Shown here one piece after another: positions 1 through 8,502 of a DNA stretch of 64,000 nucleotides. This DNA comes from Candidatus Allofournierella pullistercoris (GTDB lineage: Bacteria > Bacillota > Clostridia > Oscillospirales > Ruminococcaceae). The DNA lies in NCBI GenBank assembly GCA_018883715.1, contig JAHLFP010000006.1, positions 4,394-68,393 of the forward strand, read 5' to 3'. The translations under genes and the position numbers were made by a program. Each line of letters opens with the position of its first letter. Position 1 is the stretch's first letter. The notes beneath the pieces are model-generated. The model saw nothing but the letters and a program-made list of their open reading frames with translations, was not told where the DNA came from and did no database searches.

Positions 1-364
1 CATAGTGAATGGCCACATAGTTGTTCAGTGCGGTGTCCACACAGCCAGCACCAAGGCCATATGGAATGGCCAGAAAACACAGCACCCAGAAGGAGTTCCC
101 CACTGAAAAAGCCAGCAAAGCGCCAGCGGTGAGCAGTACGCTAAAGGCGGTGACTCGTCCCGTGCCAAGCCGGGCAATGATTCGGCCGCTGAGCAGACTG
201 GATAGCACGGTGGAACAGGATATAATCACGGATAGAATTCCCGCATAGGAAATGGGGACAACAAGCTGGGGATACATGGCTGGCCAGGCCGCACCAAGCA
301 AGCTATCCGGCAGGCCAAGGCTGATGTAGGCAAGGTAAATAGCTACTAAAAGCAGGTGAACCAT
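1..364 (-). CDS. MFS transporter, N-terminal part (runs off the window edge)
   Basis: Not in the ORF track. Hand translation from ATG at 364 gives MVHLLLVAIYLAYISLGLPDSLLGAAWPAMYPQLVVPISYAGILS...RLGTGRVTAFS...GLGAGCVDTALNNYVAIHY, a typical Firmicute MFS N-terminus. SD GAAAGGA upstream. Confidence 0.85.
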   Translation of the reverse strand, partial: MVHLLLVAIYLAYISLGLPDSLLGAAWPAMYPQLVVPISYAGILSVIISCSTVLSSLLSGRIIARLGTGRVTAFSVLLTAGALLAFSVGNSFWVLCFLAIPYGLGAGCVDTALNNYVAIHY

Positions 365-580
365 AGAGATTTCCTTTCCAGAGTCGATTTTGTTTGAAAT
401 TGTGCCAGTTTCAAGCTAATTATATCAATTTGAAAAAACCATGTCCATCCAGCTTGTGTTTCTGTGTGTTTTCTTTGTGTAAAGGGGCGGTACAGGACTT
501 TTCTTTCCCGCTTTTTTAGGATACAATATGAATACAGTCGATTGTAACCATGGCAAAGGACAAACAAAGGAGGATTTACC

Positions 581-1402
581 ATGATTAAGGCCATTGCACT
601 GGATTTGGATGGCACACTGACCAACGGAAAAAAGGAGATTACACCACGCACCCGGCGGGCCATTGATGCCTGCATTGACATGGGGGTACATATCATCCTG
701 GCCAGCGGACGTCCCACACCGGGTATATGGCCTGTGGCACGCACCCTTGGTTTGGATAAGCGAGGCGGATATATGCTCAGCTATAACGGTGCCCAGATTG
801 TGGATTGCCGCACCGGTCAGGTGCTGGCACAGGAGGTTTTGCCCAGAGAGTGGATTGGCCCCATTGCCAAGCAGGCAAGCCGGGCGGGCGGTGTACCTGT
901 CACCTATGGAGAGGATGCCATCTACACACTGGATGCCCGGGACCAATATGTACAGCTGGAGTCCCGCATCTGCCAGTTGCCTTTGCGCCAGGTGGAGGAT
1001 TTGGGACAGGCGGTGAATTGGGATGTGCCCAAGGTACTGGTGGCCCGTGCACCCCAGCATATGGCCCATGTGGAGGAACAGATGCAACAGGCCTTTGCAG
1101 GAAAGCTGTCCATCTATAAAAGTTCCGCTTTCTTCCTGGAGGTTATGCCCCTCGGAGTGGAAAAGGCGCAAAGCCTGCGGGCGCTGTTGACCATTTTGGG
1201 TCTTACCCCGGAGCAGCTTATGGCCTGTGGCGATAGCTGGAACGACCTGTCCATGATTGAGCTGGCTGGTTTGGGGGTTGCCATGGGAAATGCGGTGCCC
1301 CAGGTCAAGCAGGTTGCAAATTTTGTGACCCAGGACAATGAACACGACGGGGTGGCCTTTGCCATCGAGCGATTTATAGTGGATAATGTTGGGAATCACT
1401 AA
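581..1402 (+). CDS. Cof-type HAD-IIB family hydrolase
   Basis: DLDGTL, ASGRP, VEKA and GDSWND...AMGNA motifs; SD AGGAGG. Confidence 0.93.
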   Translation: MIKAIALDLDGTLTNGKKEITPRTRRAIDACIDMGVHIILASGRPTPGIWPVARTLGLDKRGGYMLSYNGAQIVDCRTGQVLAQEVLPREWIGPIAKQASRAGGVPVTYGEDAIYTLDARDQYVQLESRICQLPLRQVEDLGQAVNWDVPKVLVARAPQHMAHVEEQMQQAFAGKLSIYKSSAFFLEVMPLGVEKAQSLRALLTILGLTPEQLMACGDSWNDLSMIELAGLGVAMGNAVPQVKQVANFVTQDNEHDGVAFAIERFIVDNVGNH

Positions 1403-1411
1403 GGAGGATTC

Positions 1412-1771
1412 ATGATGAATACAATGATTGGATATGATAAATGTACCACCTGCCAAAAGGCGAAAAAGTGGCTGGAGGAGCAGAATGTGGCAGTGACCTA
1501 CCGCCCCATTAAGGAGCAGAACCCCACCGCCCAGGAGCTGGCCCAGTGGCTGGAACAGAGCGGACTGCCGGTAAAAAAATTCATCAACACCAGCGGCCAG
1601 CTTTACCGCTCCATGGGATTGAAAGATAAGCTGGACAGCATGGACACCCAGGAGATTCTGGAACTGCTGGCAAGCGACGGCATGCTGGTAAAACGGCCCA
1701 TTCTGGTCACCGACAAGGGCGTGATGCCTGGCTTCCGTGCCGAGCAATGGCAGGAACTGCTGGAACGGTAA
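1412..1771 (+). CDS. ArsC/Spx/MgsR family (YffB-like) thioredoxin-fold protein
   Basis: N-terminal CTTC, FINTSGQLYR, LLASDGMLVKRP. Confidence 0.9.
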   Translation: MMNTMIGYDKCTTCQKAKKWLEEQNVAVTYRPIKEQNPTAQELAQWLEQSGLPVKKFINTSGQLYRSMGLKDKLDSMDTQEILELLASDGMLVKRPILVTDKGVMPGFRAEQWQELLER

Positions 1772-1786
1772 GAAAGGCAGAAACCC

Positions 1787-2605
1787 ATGAAGTATAAAGC
1801 CATTGTATTTGACGTGGACGGAACCTTAGTTCCCCAGTCTGAAAACATCATCCGCAAGGAGGTGCTGGAGGCTCTGAAAAAGGCACAGCGGCAGGGGCTG
1901 AAGGTGGTCATCGCTACCGGAAGAAGCTACTTTGCGCTGGACAAAAACCTGCTGGGTGGTTTTCGTGCGGATTATTACATCTGCGCCAACGGTGCCCAGA
2001 TTGTGGACAGCCGGGGTCGTACCATCGCCGCACAAACCATGTCCGAGCAGGAAATGTATGCTCTGGTGGACTATTTTGAGGATTTTGACTATCCCCTTGC
2101 GTTTTGTTTTTCGGATGGATATTACATCTATGTGGAGCATGAGGGCATGCACCGGGCCTTTGGCTATGACCCGGTGAAAACCAAGTATCTGAAAGACGGA
2201 GAGGACCAGGACCGCCATCTGGAATCCATGCCCTTTGGAGCCGTTGGCATCCTGCCGACAGAAGCAGAAAAAGGTTTTGTGGAGCGGTACGGCTATCTGG
2301 AACTGCGGATGGTGGCCTATGAGCCGGGATTTTATGACATTATCCTGCCTGGCATCAACAAGGCAGTGGGGCTTAGCAAGCTGATGGAAAAAACCGGCTG
2401 GAAAGCGGAAGAACTGGCAAGTGCAGGGGACAACGACAACGATTTGGAGATGTTGGCCCTTACTGGGCTGTCCTATGCCATGGCCAATGGCTCAGAAGCG
2501 GCCCGCAAAACCGCCAAGTTCCTTGCGCCCAGTGTGGAGGAAAACGGTGCCTGCTGGGTGATTCAGCAGGTGCTGGACCAGCAAACTGCCCCGGACATAG
2601 AATAA
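1787..2605 (+). CDS. Cof-type HAD-IIB family hydrolase
   Basis: FDVDGTL, ATGR, GINKA, GDNDND motifs. Confidence 0.92.
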   Translation: MKYKAIVFDVDGTLVPQSENIIRKEVLEALKKAQRQGLKVVIATGRSYFALDKNLLGGFRADYYICANGAQIVDSRGRTIAAQTMSEQEMYALVDYFEDFDYPLAFCFSDGYYIYVEHEGMHRAFGYDPVKTKYLKDGEDQDRHLESMPFGAVGILPTEAEKGFVERYGYLELRMVAYEPGFYDIILPGINKAVGLSKLMEKTGWKAEELASAGDNDNDLEMLALTGLSYAMANGSEAARKTAKFLAPSVEENGACWVIQQVLDQQTAPDIE

Positions 2606-2627
2606 GCTATAAAAAGGAGGATACAGC

Positions 2628-3281
2628 ATGGGTAAGACCATTGTCTTGAAAAAACCGTCGGTCCTTCCCTGGTATCTGGCTGGGATTGTGGGACTGCTGT
2701 GCAGCTTTGTCCTTCCGGTTTATCGGCTTTGGGGGCTGATTGTCATGCTGGTTATCAGCGCAGTGGCCTTTGCAGTTGGCAAGCGGGTGTTCCCGGCGGT
2801 GGAGTACCAGGCGGAAGTTCCCTTTGATACCGGAGATGCCACCGCAGACGAGATACTGAAAGAGTTGCAAAATGCGGGCAGACAGCTGCACCAGCTGGAT
2901 TTGAGAATCGAGGATGAACCTTTAAGTGCCGCCATCCGCCGGATGGAGCGAGCGCTTCATGCCATGGGCATTGAGGTGGAAAAGAACCTGACCCAGGCAA
3001 GGGTGGTGCGCCGCTTTTGCCAGCGGTATTTGGGGGATACCATCCACCTTTTGGAGCAATACGCCGACCTGGAACGGCTGGAGATACAAGGCCAAAACGT
3101 GGATGCCATCCGCCGCCAGGTGGAGGAAAATGCCCAAGTGATTGCTGGGGTGTTTGAAAACCAGCTGAATGAGCTGCTTGGGCAACAGGTAATGGAGAAT
3201 GAGGTGAATTTGCAGGTGCTGAAAAACCTGCTACAACAGGATAAGCTGTTGCAAAATTCCCCTGATACACAAGATAGATAA
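2628..3281 (+). CDS. XpaC-like (5-bromo-4-chloroindolyl phosphate hydrolysis family) membrane-anchored helical protein
   Basis: Two N-terminal TM helices, then a helical domain with RRFCQRYLGDTIHLLEQY (XpaC-like RxFxxxYLxxxxxL); directly upstream of a TelA gene. Confidence 0.8.
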   Translation: MGKTIVLKKPSVLPWYLAGIVGLLCSFVLPVYRLWGLIVMLVISAVAFAVGKRVFPAVEYQAEVPFDTGDATADEILKELQNAGRQLHQLDLRIEDEPLSAAIRRMERALHAMGIEVEKNLTQARVVRRFCQRYLGDTIHLLEQYADLERLEIQGQNVDAIRRQVEENAQVIAGVFENQLNELLGQQVMENEVNLQVLKNLLQQDKLLQNSPDTQDR

Positions 3282-3299
3282 GGAAAGGACTGTGGCGAA

Positions 3300-4487
3300 A
3301 TGCAAGATACAAAGCTAGACCTGGACAACGACCTGCTGGAACTGGACACCAGCCCCAATTTGACCCTTTCTTTGGAACCAGAACCGGAGATAAACTTAAC
3401 CCCGGCTCCCGCTCCGGTGGATTCCGCCGCATTGGCAGAAATCCAGCAGGGGGAGCAAAAGCTGGACGAAAAGGAACGGAAGATGGTGGATGAATTTGCC
3501 GCCAAAATTGACATTGGGAATGTTCAGCAGATTCTGCAATACGGCGCATCTGCCCAGAAAAAGGTGGGCGATTTCAGCGAAACTGCTCTTTCCAACGTGA
3601 CAAACAAAACCAAGGATTTGGGCGAAGTGGGCGAGATGATTACCGACCTTGTGATGGAATTGAAAGGTTTTGATGTCAATGAGGAGCCCAAGGGAATTTT
3701 TGGCCTGTTTAAGCGCAGTGCCGATAATCTGGAAAGATTAAAACTCCGGTACAGCAAGGCAGAAGTCAATGTGGACCGGATTGAGGGCATGCTGGAACAG
3801 CACCAGATTCAGCTGATGAAGGATATTGCCTTGTTGGATAAATTGTATCAGGTAAACCTGGCATACTATAAAGAGCTGAGCATGTACATTCTGGCAGGTA
3901 AAAAGAAACTGGCGGAGGTGCGCAGTACCCAGCTGGCACAGGCAATCCAAAAGGCCAAGAACTCCGGCCTCCCGGAAGATGCCCAGGCTGCCCAGGATTT
4001 GTCCGACCTGTGCGACCGCTTTGATAAAAAGGTGCATGACCTGCAACTGACCCGCAACATTTCCATGCAGATGGCGCCCCAGATTCGCCTGTTGCAGAAC
4101 AACGACACCGTTATGGTGGAGAAGATTCAGACCAGCATCGTAAACACCATTCCCCTGTGGAAAAACCAGATGGTGCTGGCGCTGGGCCTTGCACACAGCC
4201 AGCAGGCCATTCAGGCACAGCGGGCTGTAACCGACATGACCAACGAACTGCTGAAAAAGAATGCCGCCACCTTGAAGCAGGGCACAATCGACACCGCACG
4301 AGAGTCCGAGCGGGGCATTGTGGACATTGAAACCTTGCAGCAGACCAACCGGACCTTGATTGAAACTCTGGACGAGCTGGCAAGAATCCAGAGTGAGGGC
4401 CGTCAAAAACGGCAGGCTGCGGAGCAGGAGCTGGGCCGGATTGAAACCGAGCTGAAAGACAAACTTCTGGGGATGGCAAGCCGATGA
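3300..4487 (+). CDS. Toxic anion resistance protein (TelA/YaaN family)
   Basis: ILQYGASAQ, QMAPQIRLLQNND, TIPLWKNQ, TNELLKKNA, RGIVDIETL motifs; coiled coil. Confidence 0.93.
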   Translation: MQDTKLDLDNDLLELDTSPNLTLSLEPEPEINLTPAPAPVDSAALAEIQQGEQKLDEKERKMVDEFAAKIDIGNVQQILQYGASAQKKVGDFSETALSNVTNKTKDLGEVGEMITDLVMELKGFDVNEEPKGIFGLFKRSADNLERLKLRYSKAEVNVDRIEGMLEQHQIQLMKDIALLDKLYQVNLAYYKELSMYILAGKKKLAEVRSTQLAQAIQKAKNSGLPEDAQAAQDLSDLCDRFDKKVHDLQLTRNISMQMAPQIRLLQNNDTVMVEKIQTSIVNTIPLWKNQMVLALGLAHSQQAIQAQRAVTDMTNELLKKNAATLKQGTIDTARESERGIVDIETLQQTNRTLIETLDELARIQSEGRQKRQAAEQELGRIETELKDKLLGMASR

Positions 4488-5077
4488 AACGGTTTTTCAA
4501 AAACTGGGAAAGCCACCTGCCCCATGTGTTGACACAGTCCTCTGTTGCAGTTTTAACCTGCATTGGTATGTTGTTGGTGGGCTTTTTCGCCGTGGGTGGC
4601 TTGCAACTGCGTGGCTACCGACAGCAGTTGCAAGATAGCATCTTCACCCAGCAGATTATACAGGATTTGGACACCCGGGCAGACCTTGCCGCCAACCTTT
4701 TGACCCAGGCCAAAAAGGTGGATGGGCTGAAAAAATCCAGCCAGTACAAAGCCCTGCAAAATGCGGTGGAGCAATCGGTGGAAGCCACCCAGTCTATGGA
4801 AAAAGCAAAAGCTGACCAAAAGATTGTGCAGGCTGTGGCGGATTTGATGAGCGAGGCCCAGACTTACCAGGAAAAGAACCCGGAGCAATGGGAGCAGATG
4901 GAAAACCTGGACGAGGACTTCCGGGAGGTAGGACGGCTCATGAACCAGGAATACCAAAATAGTGAGTATTCGCAAAAAGCGAAGGCTTTTAACGACATGT
5001 TGCAGGATGTGCCCACGGATTTACTGCGGCACATCTGGAATGTGAATCCGCTGGTGATTGTGGAGGTTAAGTCGTGA
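4484..5077 (+). CDS. Divergent LemA-like membrane protein
   Basis: One N-terminal TM; DLDTRADLAANLL resembles LemA QLxRRxDLxPNL; YSQKAKAFNDMLQDVP resembles YNxxVxxYNxxIxxFP; ATGA overlap with telA. Confidence 0.65.
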   Translation: MKRFFKNWESHLPHVLTQSSVAVLTCIGMLLVGFFAVGGLQLRGYRQQLQDSIFTQQIIQDLDTRADLAANLLTQAKKVDGLKKSSQYKALQNAVEQSVEATQSMEKAKADQKIVQAVADLMSEAQTYQEKNPEQWEQMENLDEDFREVGRLMNQEYQNSEYSQKAKAFNDMLQDVPTDLLRHIWNVNPLVIVEVKS

Positions 5078-6090
5078 AACGTTGGTTAAGTGGGGTTCTG
5101 ACGGCCATCATGCTCTGCACCTTATTGGGGGTGCAGGTGTTTGCGAAGGATCTTCCGGATCCGCCGGAAATTGGATATGTGCAGGATTTGGTGGATGTTA
5201 TTAGTGACGACACCCGGCGTCAAATCAGCCGATACAATGAGTCCTTGCAGGATAGTGGCGCCCAAATTGGGGTGCTGGTGGTGGATTATCTTGGGGTTTA
5301 TGTGAATTCCATTGATGATTATTCCAGAGAAGTATTCAACTACTGGGGCGTGGGTGATGCTTCTAGGAACAATGGGGTTCTTCTTGTATTGGCGATTGAA
5401 AATGAGAAGTACTACTGTGCCATTGGACAAGGGCTGGAGGGAAAAATTGCGTTCAGCCAAATTGATGATTTACTGAATGAGTATATAGCACCCGCATTTC
5501 CTCCGGCCGATGCTAACAGCAATTCAACCAGTAACCCGGACAGCAACTCCACCAGTCAATTGGTGCAAGAAGGAGACTACGACCAGGCTGTAAGCCTGTT
5601 CTGCTCCGCCATGTACGAAGAACTGCTGAAGATTTACGGAACAGGAAACGCAACCCAGCAGGATGAATACATTCCGGATTCCAGCTCTCACACCGGAGTG
5701 AACGTCATGGTTGTGCTGATTCCCCTTGTGATTGTTCTTGTGATTGTGCTGCTCAGTGGTTCCGGAAAAGGCTCCGGCGGCCGGGGTGGTTCCGGCGGTG
5801 GTGGCTCGGCAGACTGGATTCTGCCCGCCCTGCTGATAGGCAGTTTAAACCGGCGGCGGTATCATAGACCCCCGCCCCCGCCGTTCCATCGTCCTCCACC
5901 GGGCGGCTTCCATCGTCCCCATGGCCCTGGCGGTTTCCATCGCCCCGGCGGCCCGGGTAGTTTCGGTGGCGGCTTTGGTGGCGGTTTTGGTGGTGGTTCC
6001 AGCCGAGGCGGCGGAGCAGGTCGAGGCGGCTTTGGTGGCGGTTTCGGTGGTGGTTCCAGCCGAGGTGGCGGAGCGGGTCGCCGTGGCTAA
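5074..6090 (+). CDS. TPM-domain membrane protein with Pro/Gly-rich cytoplasmic tail
   Basis: Signal peptide; YVQD, GAQIGV, WGVGD..NNGVLL, GQGLEG, GDYD motifs; TM helix; Gly-rich C-terminus. Confidence 0.92.
   Translation: MKRWLSGVLTAIMLCTLLGVQVFAKDLPDPPEIGYVQDLVDVISDDTRRQISRYNESLQDSGAQIGVLVVDYLGVYVNSIDDYSREVFNYWGVGDASRNNGVLLVLAIENEKYYCAIGQGLEGKIAFSQIDDLLNEYIAPAFPPADANSNSTSNPDSNSTSQLVQEGDYDQAVSLFCSAMYEELLKIYGTGNATQQDEYIPDSSSHTGVNVMVVLIPLVIVLVIVLLSGSGKGSGGRGGSGGGGSADWILPALLIGSLNRRRYHRPPPPPFHRPPPGGFHRPHGPGGFHRPGGPGSFGGGFGGGFGGGSSRGGGAGRGGFGGGFGGGSSRGGGAGRRG
5968..6081 (+). repeat. Two tandem 57-bp repeats encoding GGFGGGFGGGSSRGGGAGR
   Basis: Units 5968-6024 and 6025-6081 differ only at synonymous positions. 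Confidence 0.9.
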
Positions 6091-6104
6091 ATAAAACCTA
6101 AAGT

Positions 6105-6148
6105 ATAGCGGTAAGAGTGGGAATGGCCCATCTTGCCGCTATTTTTTT
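6105..6148 (+). terminator. Intrinsic terminator of the HAD...TPM operon
   Basis: atagcggtaaga...tcttgccgctat followed by a T-tract. Confidence 0.85.
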
Positions 6149-6322
6149 GTTAAATGGCGGGAATCTCTTAAATTTGTGCAATATTGCTTTGCCAACGACA
6201 AAAAAACATGATACAATAGAGCGACAGTCTATGACCTAAAAACAGGGGTGTTTCCCATACACCTCGTTGTTCTTGCCCTGATGTAGGCCGGACTGCAGTT
6301 TTTGCAAGTGAAGGAAGTACGT

Positions 6323-7654
6323 ATGAACATTGGGACAAAGAAGTCGGGTCTGGCAGTAACAGAAATTATTGAACTGGTCAACACCGCCTTGGATGGGGTG
6401 GACCACAGGCTGGTAAGCCACGGTTTGCGGGTGGGTATGATCAGCCACAAGATGCTCTGTATGCTGGGGGAGGAAAATCCCCTGTATTTACAGGATGCCT
6501 TTATGGCGGCACTGCTCCACGATGTGGGGGCCTATAAAACCGATGATATTAACAAGATGGTGGTGTTTGAAAGCCGCCAAATCTGGGAGCATTCCCTGTA
6601 TGGCTATCTGTTTTTGCGTAAATTTTCCCCATTGGCCCATATGGCGCAGGCGGTGCTTTACCACCATCTGGATTTTGCCCACATGGGGCATCTTCCCCCA
6701 AAAATAGCACGGCTGGCACAGGTGTTGCACCTGTGTGACCGGGTGGACGTGTACCTGCAATCCGACAAGGATGCTTCGGTTCTGCGTCGTAATCTGGACA
6801 AGGAGAGCGGTACTCGGTTTGACCCGGAACTGGTGGAGCTGTTCTGGCAGGCGGATGAAGAATGTGGATTTACCACCCTGCCCTTTGACCAGTGGCAGGT
6901 GGAACTTTGCATGGAATCCTGGGTGTCTGCCTATAAATTGCAAACCTATCTGGAGATGGTGGTGTCGATGATTGACTTTAAAAGCAATTTCACCGTAACC
7001 CACAGCATTACCACCCAGACCATCTCGGTGGAATTGGCCCAGTACATGGGGCTTCCGGAAGAGGAAATCCAGCAGATTTGGCTGGGCTCGCTGCTACACG
7101 ATGTGGGCAAATTGTATGTGCCGGTTTCGGTGGTGGAACATCCCGGCCGGTTGGATGCCCAGCAGCTGGCTACCATGCGCAAGCATGTGGATGGAACCCG
7201 CAAGGTACTTGAAGGTAAAATTCCGGATGAAGTGCTGGAAATTGCTTGTCGCCACCATGAAAAGCTGAATGGCTCCGGTTATCCCAGAGGTTTGAGCGCC
7301 CCGGAACTGAATATGGCACAGCGGATTGTCTGCGTGGCAGATATTACAAGCGCCCTTTCCTGTGAAAGAAGCTATAAACCTGCGTTCAGTCGGGAGAAAA
7401 CCCAGGCCCTTTTGGACCGGATGACCATAGCAGGAGAGCTGGATGCAGGGGTGGTGCAGGTGCTGTACCAAAACTATGAAGCCATCCAGAAAAAGGTGAA
7501 GCTTGCCACCCAGGAGGTACAGGCCACCTACAACAAGCTGATGAATGCCTATGAAATTTTGATGGAAAAGCGCCAGCAGATGTCCATAGAAGAATGGCTT
7601 ATGCTTTTGGACGGTTACGTTACCCAGGGCTATTCCGTTTTGCAACAGGCATAA
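6323..7654 (+). CDS. Tandem HD / HD-GYP domain phosphohydrolase (putative cyclic-dinucleotide phosphodiesterase)
   Basis: Two LLHDVG motifs; the second domain has HHEKLNGSGYP, VAD and RSYK. ATG 6323 follows AAGGAAG. Confidence 0.88.
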   Translation: MNIGTKKSGLAVTEIIELVNTALDGVDHRLVSHGLRVGMISHKMLCMLGEENPLYLQDAFMAALLHDVGAYKTDDINKMVVFESRQIWEHSLYGYLFLRKFSPLAHMAQAVLYHHLDFAHMGHLPPKIARLAQVLHLCDRVDVYLQSDKDASVLRRNLDKESGTRFDPELVELFWQADEECGFTTLPFDQWQVELCMESWVSAYKLQTYLEMVVSMIDFKSNFTVTHSITTQTISVELAQYMGLPEEEIQQIWLGSLLHDVGKLYVPVSVVEHPGRLDAQQLATMRKHVDGTRKVLEGKIPDEVLEIACRHHEKLNGSGYPRGLSAPELNMAQRIVCVADITSALSCERSYKPAFSREKTQALLDRMTIAGELDAGVVQVLYQNYEAIQKKVKLATQEVQATYNKLMNAYEILMEKRQQMSIEEWLMLLDGYVTQGYSVLQQA

Positions 7655-7687
7655 AAAAGCCGCAGGAAAAACTCCTGCGGCTTTTTT
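7653..7687. terminator. Bidirectional intrinsic terminator
   Basis: aaaaaagccgcagga-aaaac-tcctgcggctttttt between convergent genes. Confidence 0.92.
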
Positions 7688-7688
7688 G

Positions 7689-8303
7689 TTACTTCATGTG
7701 TTTTGGCGCGGAGTGCTTACAACCGCAGTATTCCTGGCGGTAGAGATTATGCTGGCTGGACAGTTCCAGACTGCGCTTGTGGCCCTCCCGGCGCTTAAAT
7801 TCGTTGGGCAGGTGACGCACTCCATATTTTTGCTCCAGCGCCTGCCCCATCTCGTTCAATCGCTGGGCATCCTTGCGGGGGCTGATGGAAAGGCTGGAAC
7901 AAAACCATTCATACCCGTGGGCGGCGGCATAGGCGGCGGTGCGCTCCATTCGCATCTGGTAGCAGACGGTGCACCGGTCTCCCCGCTCAGGGCAGTCCTC
8001 CAGCCCTTGAACCGCCTGGTCGTATTCTTCCGGGTGATAGTCCTCCACCACCAGTTCCAGGTCCGGCAGGCCAGCTTCCTGAATAAATCGCTCCAGTTCC
8101 TGGACACGGCGGTGGTATTCCAGGCTGGGCCAGATGTTGGGGTTGTAGTATAAAATGGTAATCCGGAAATACTGGCTGAGCATCTCCAGCACCGCACTGG
8201 AACAGGGTGCACAGCAGGAGTGGAGCAACAGCCGGGGACGAGTGCCCCCCAAAGACTGGATTGCCTGATCCATAAGTTTTGGGTAATTGACACGATTTGC
8301 CAT
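7689..8303 (-). CDS. queH: Epoxyqueuosine reductase QueH
   Basis: LLLHSCCAPCS, YYNPNI, RCTVCY, LYRQEYCGC; likely start MANRVNY at 8303 after SD GAGGAG (the track ORF is over-extended). Confidence 0.92.
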   Translation of the reverse strand: MANRVNYPKLMDQAIQSLGGTRPRLLLHSCCAPCSSAVLEMLSQYFRITILYYNPNIWPSLEYHRRVQELERFIQEAGLPDLELVVEDYHPEEYDQAVQGLEDCPERGDRCTVCYQMRMERTAAYAAAHGYEWFCSSLSISPRKDAQRLNEMGQALEQKYGVRHLPNEFKRREGHKRSLELSSQHNLYRQEYCGCKHSAPKHMK

Positions 8304-8502
8304 AAAAACATGGCTCCTCTCTGTAAAATAAGGGTAGGGCGGCAAAAACCATTGCCGACGATGCTTATCATACCACATTCCATTCCAATTTGCACGGCAC
8401 AAAGGGACAAAACCTGCACCAGATAAGTGGATATTCAAAAAGATTTTAAATTTTATTCGCATTCCTATCACGAAATTTCCACACTTTTGCGGTACTATAT
8501 GA

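Noticed and set aside
6277-6300. Hammerhead-like CTGATG
   Set aside because: Reads CTGATGT rather than CTGANGA, and has no GAAA core partner.
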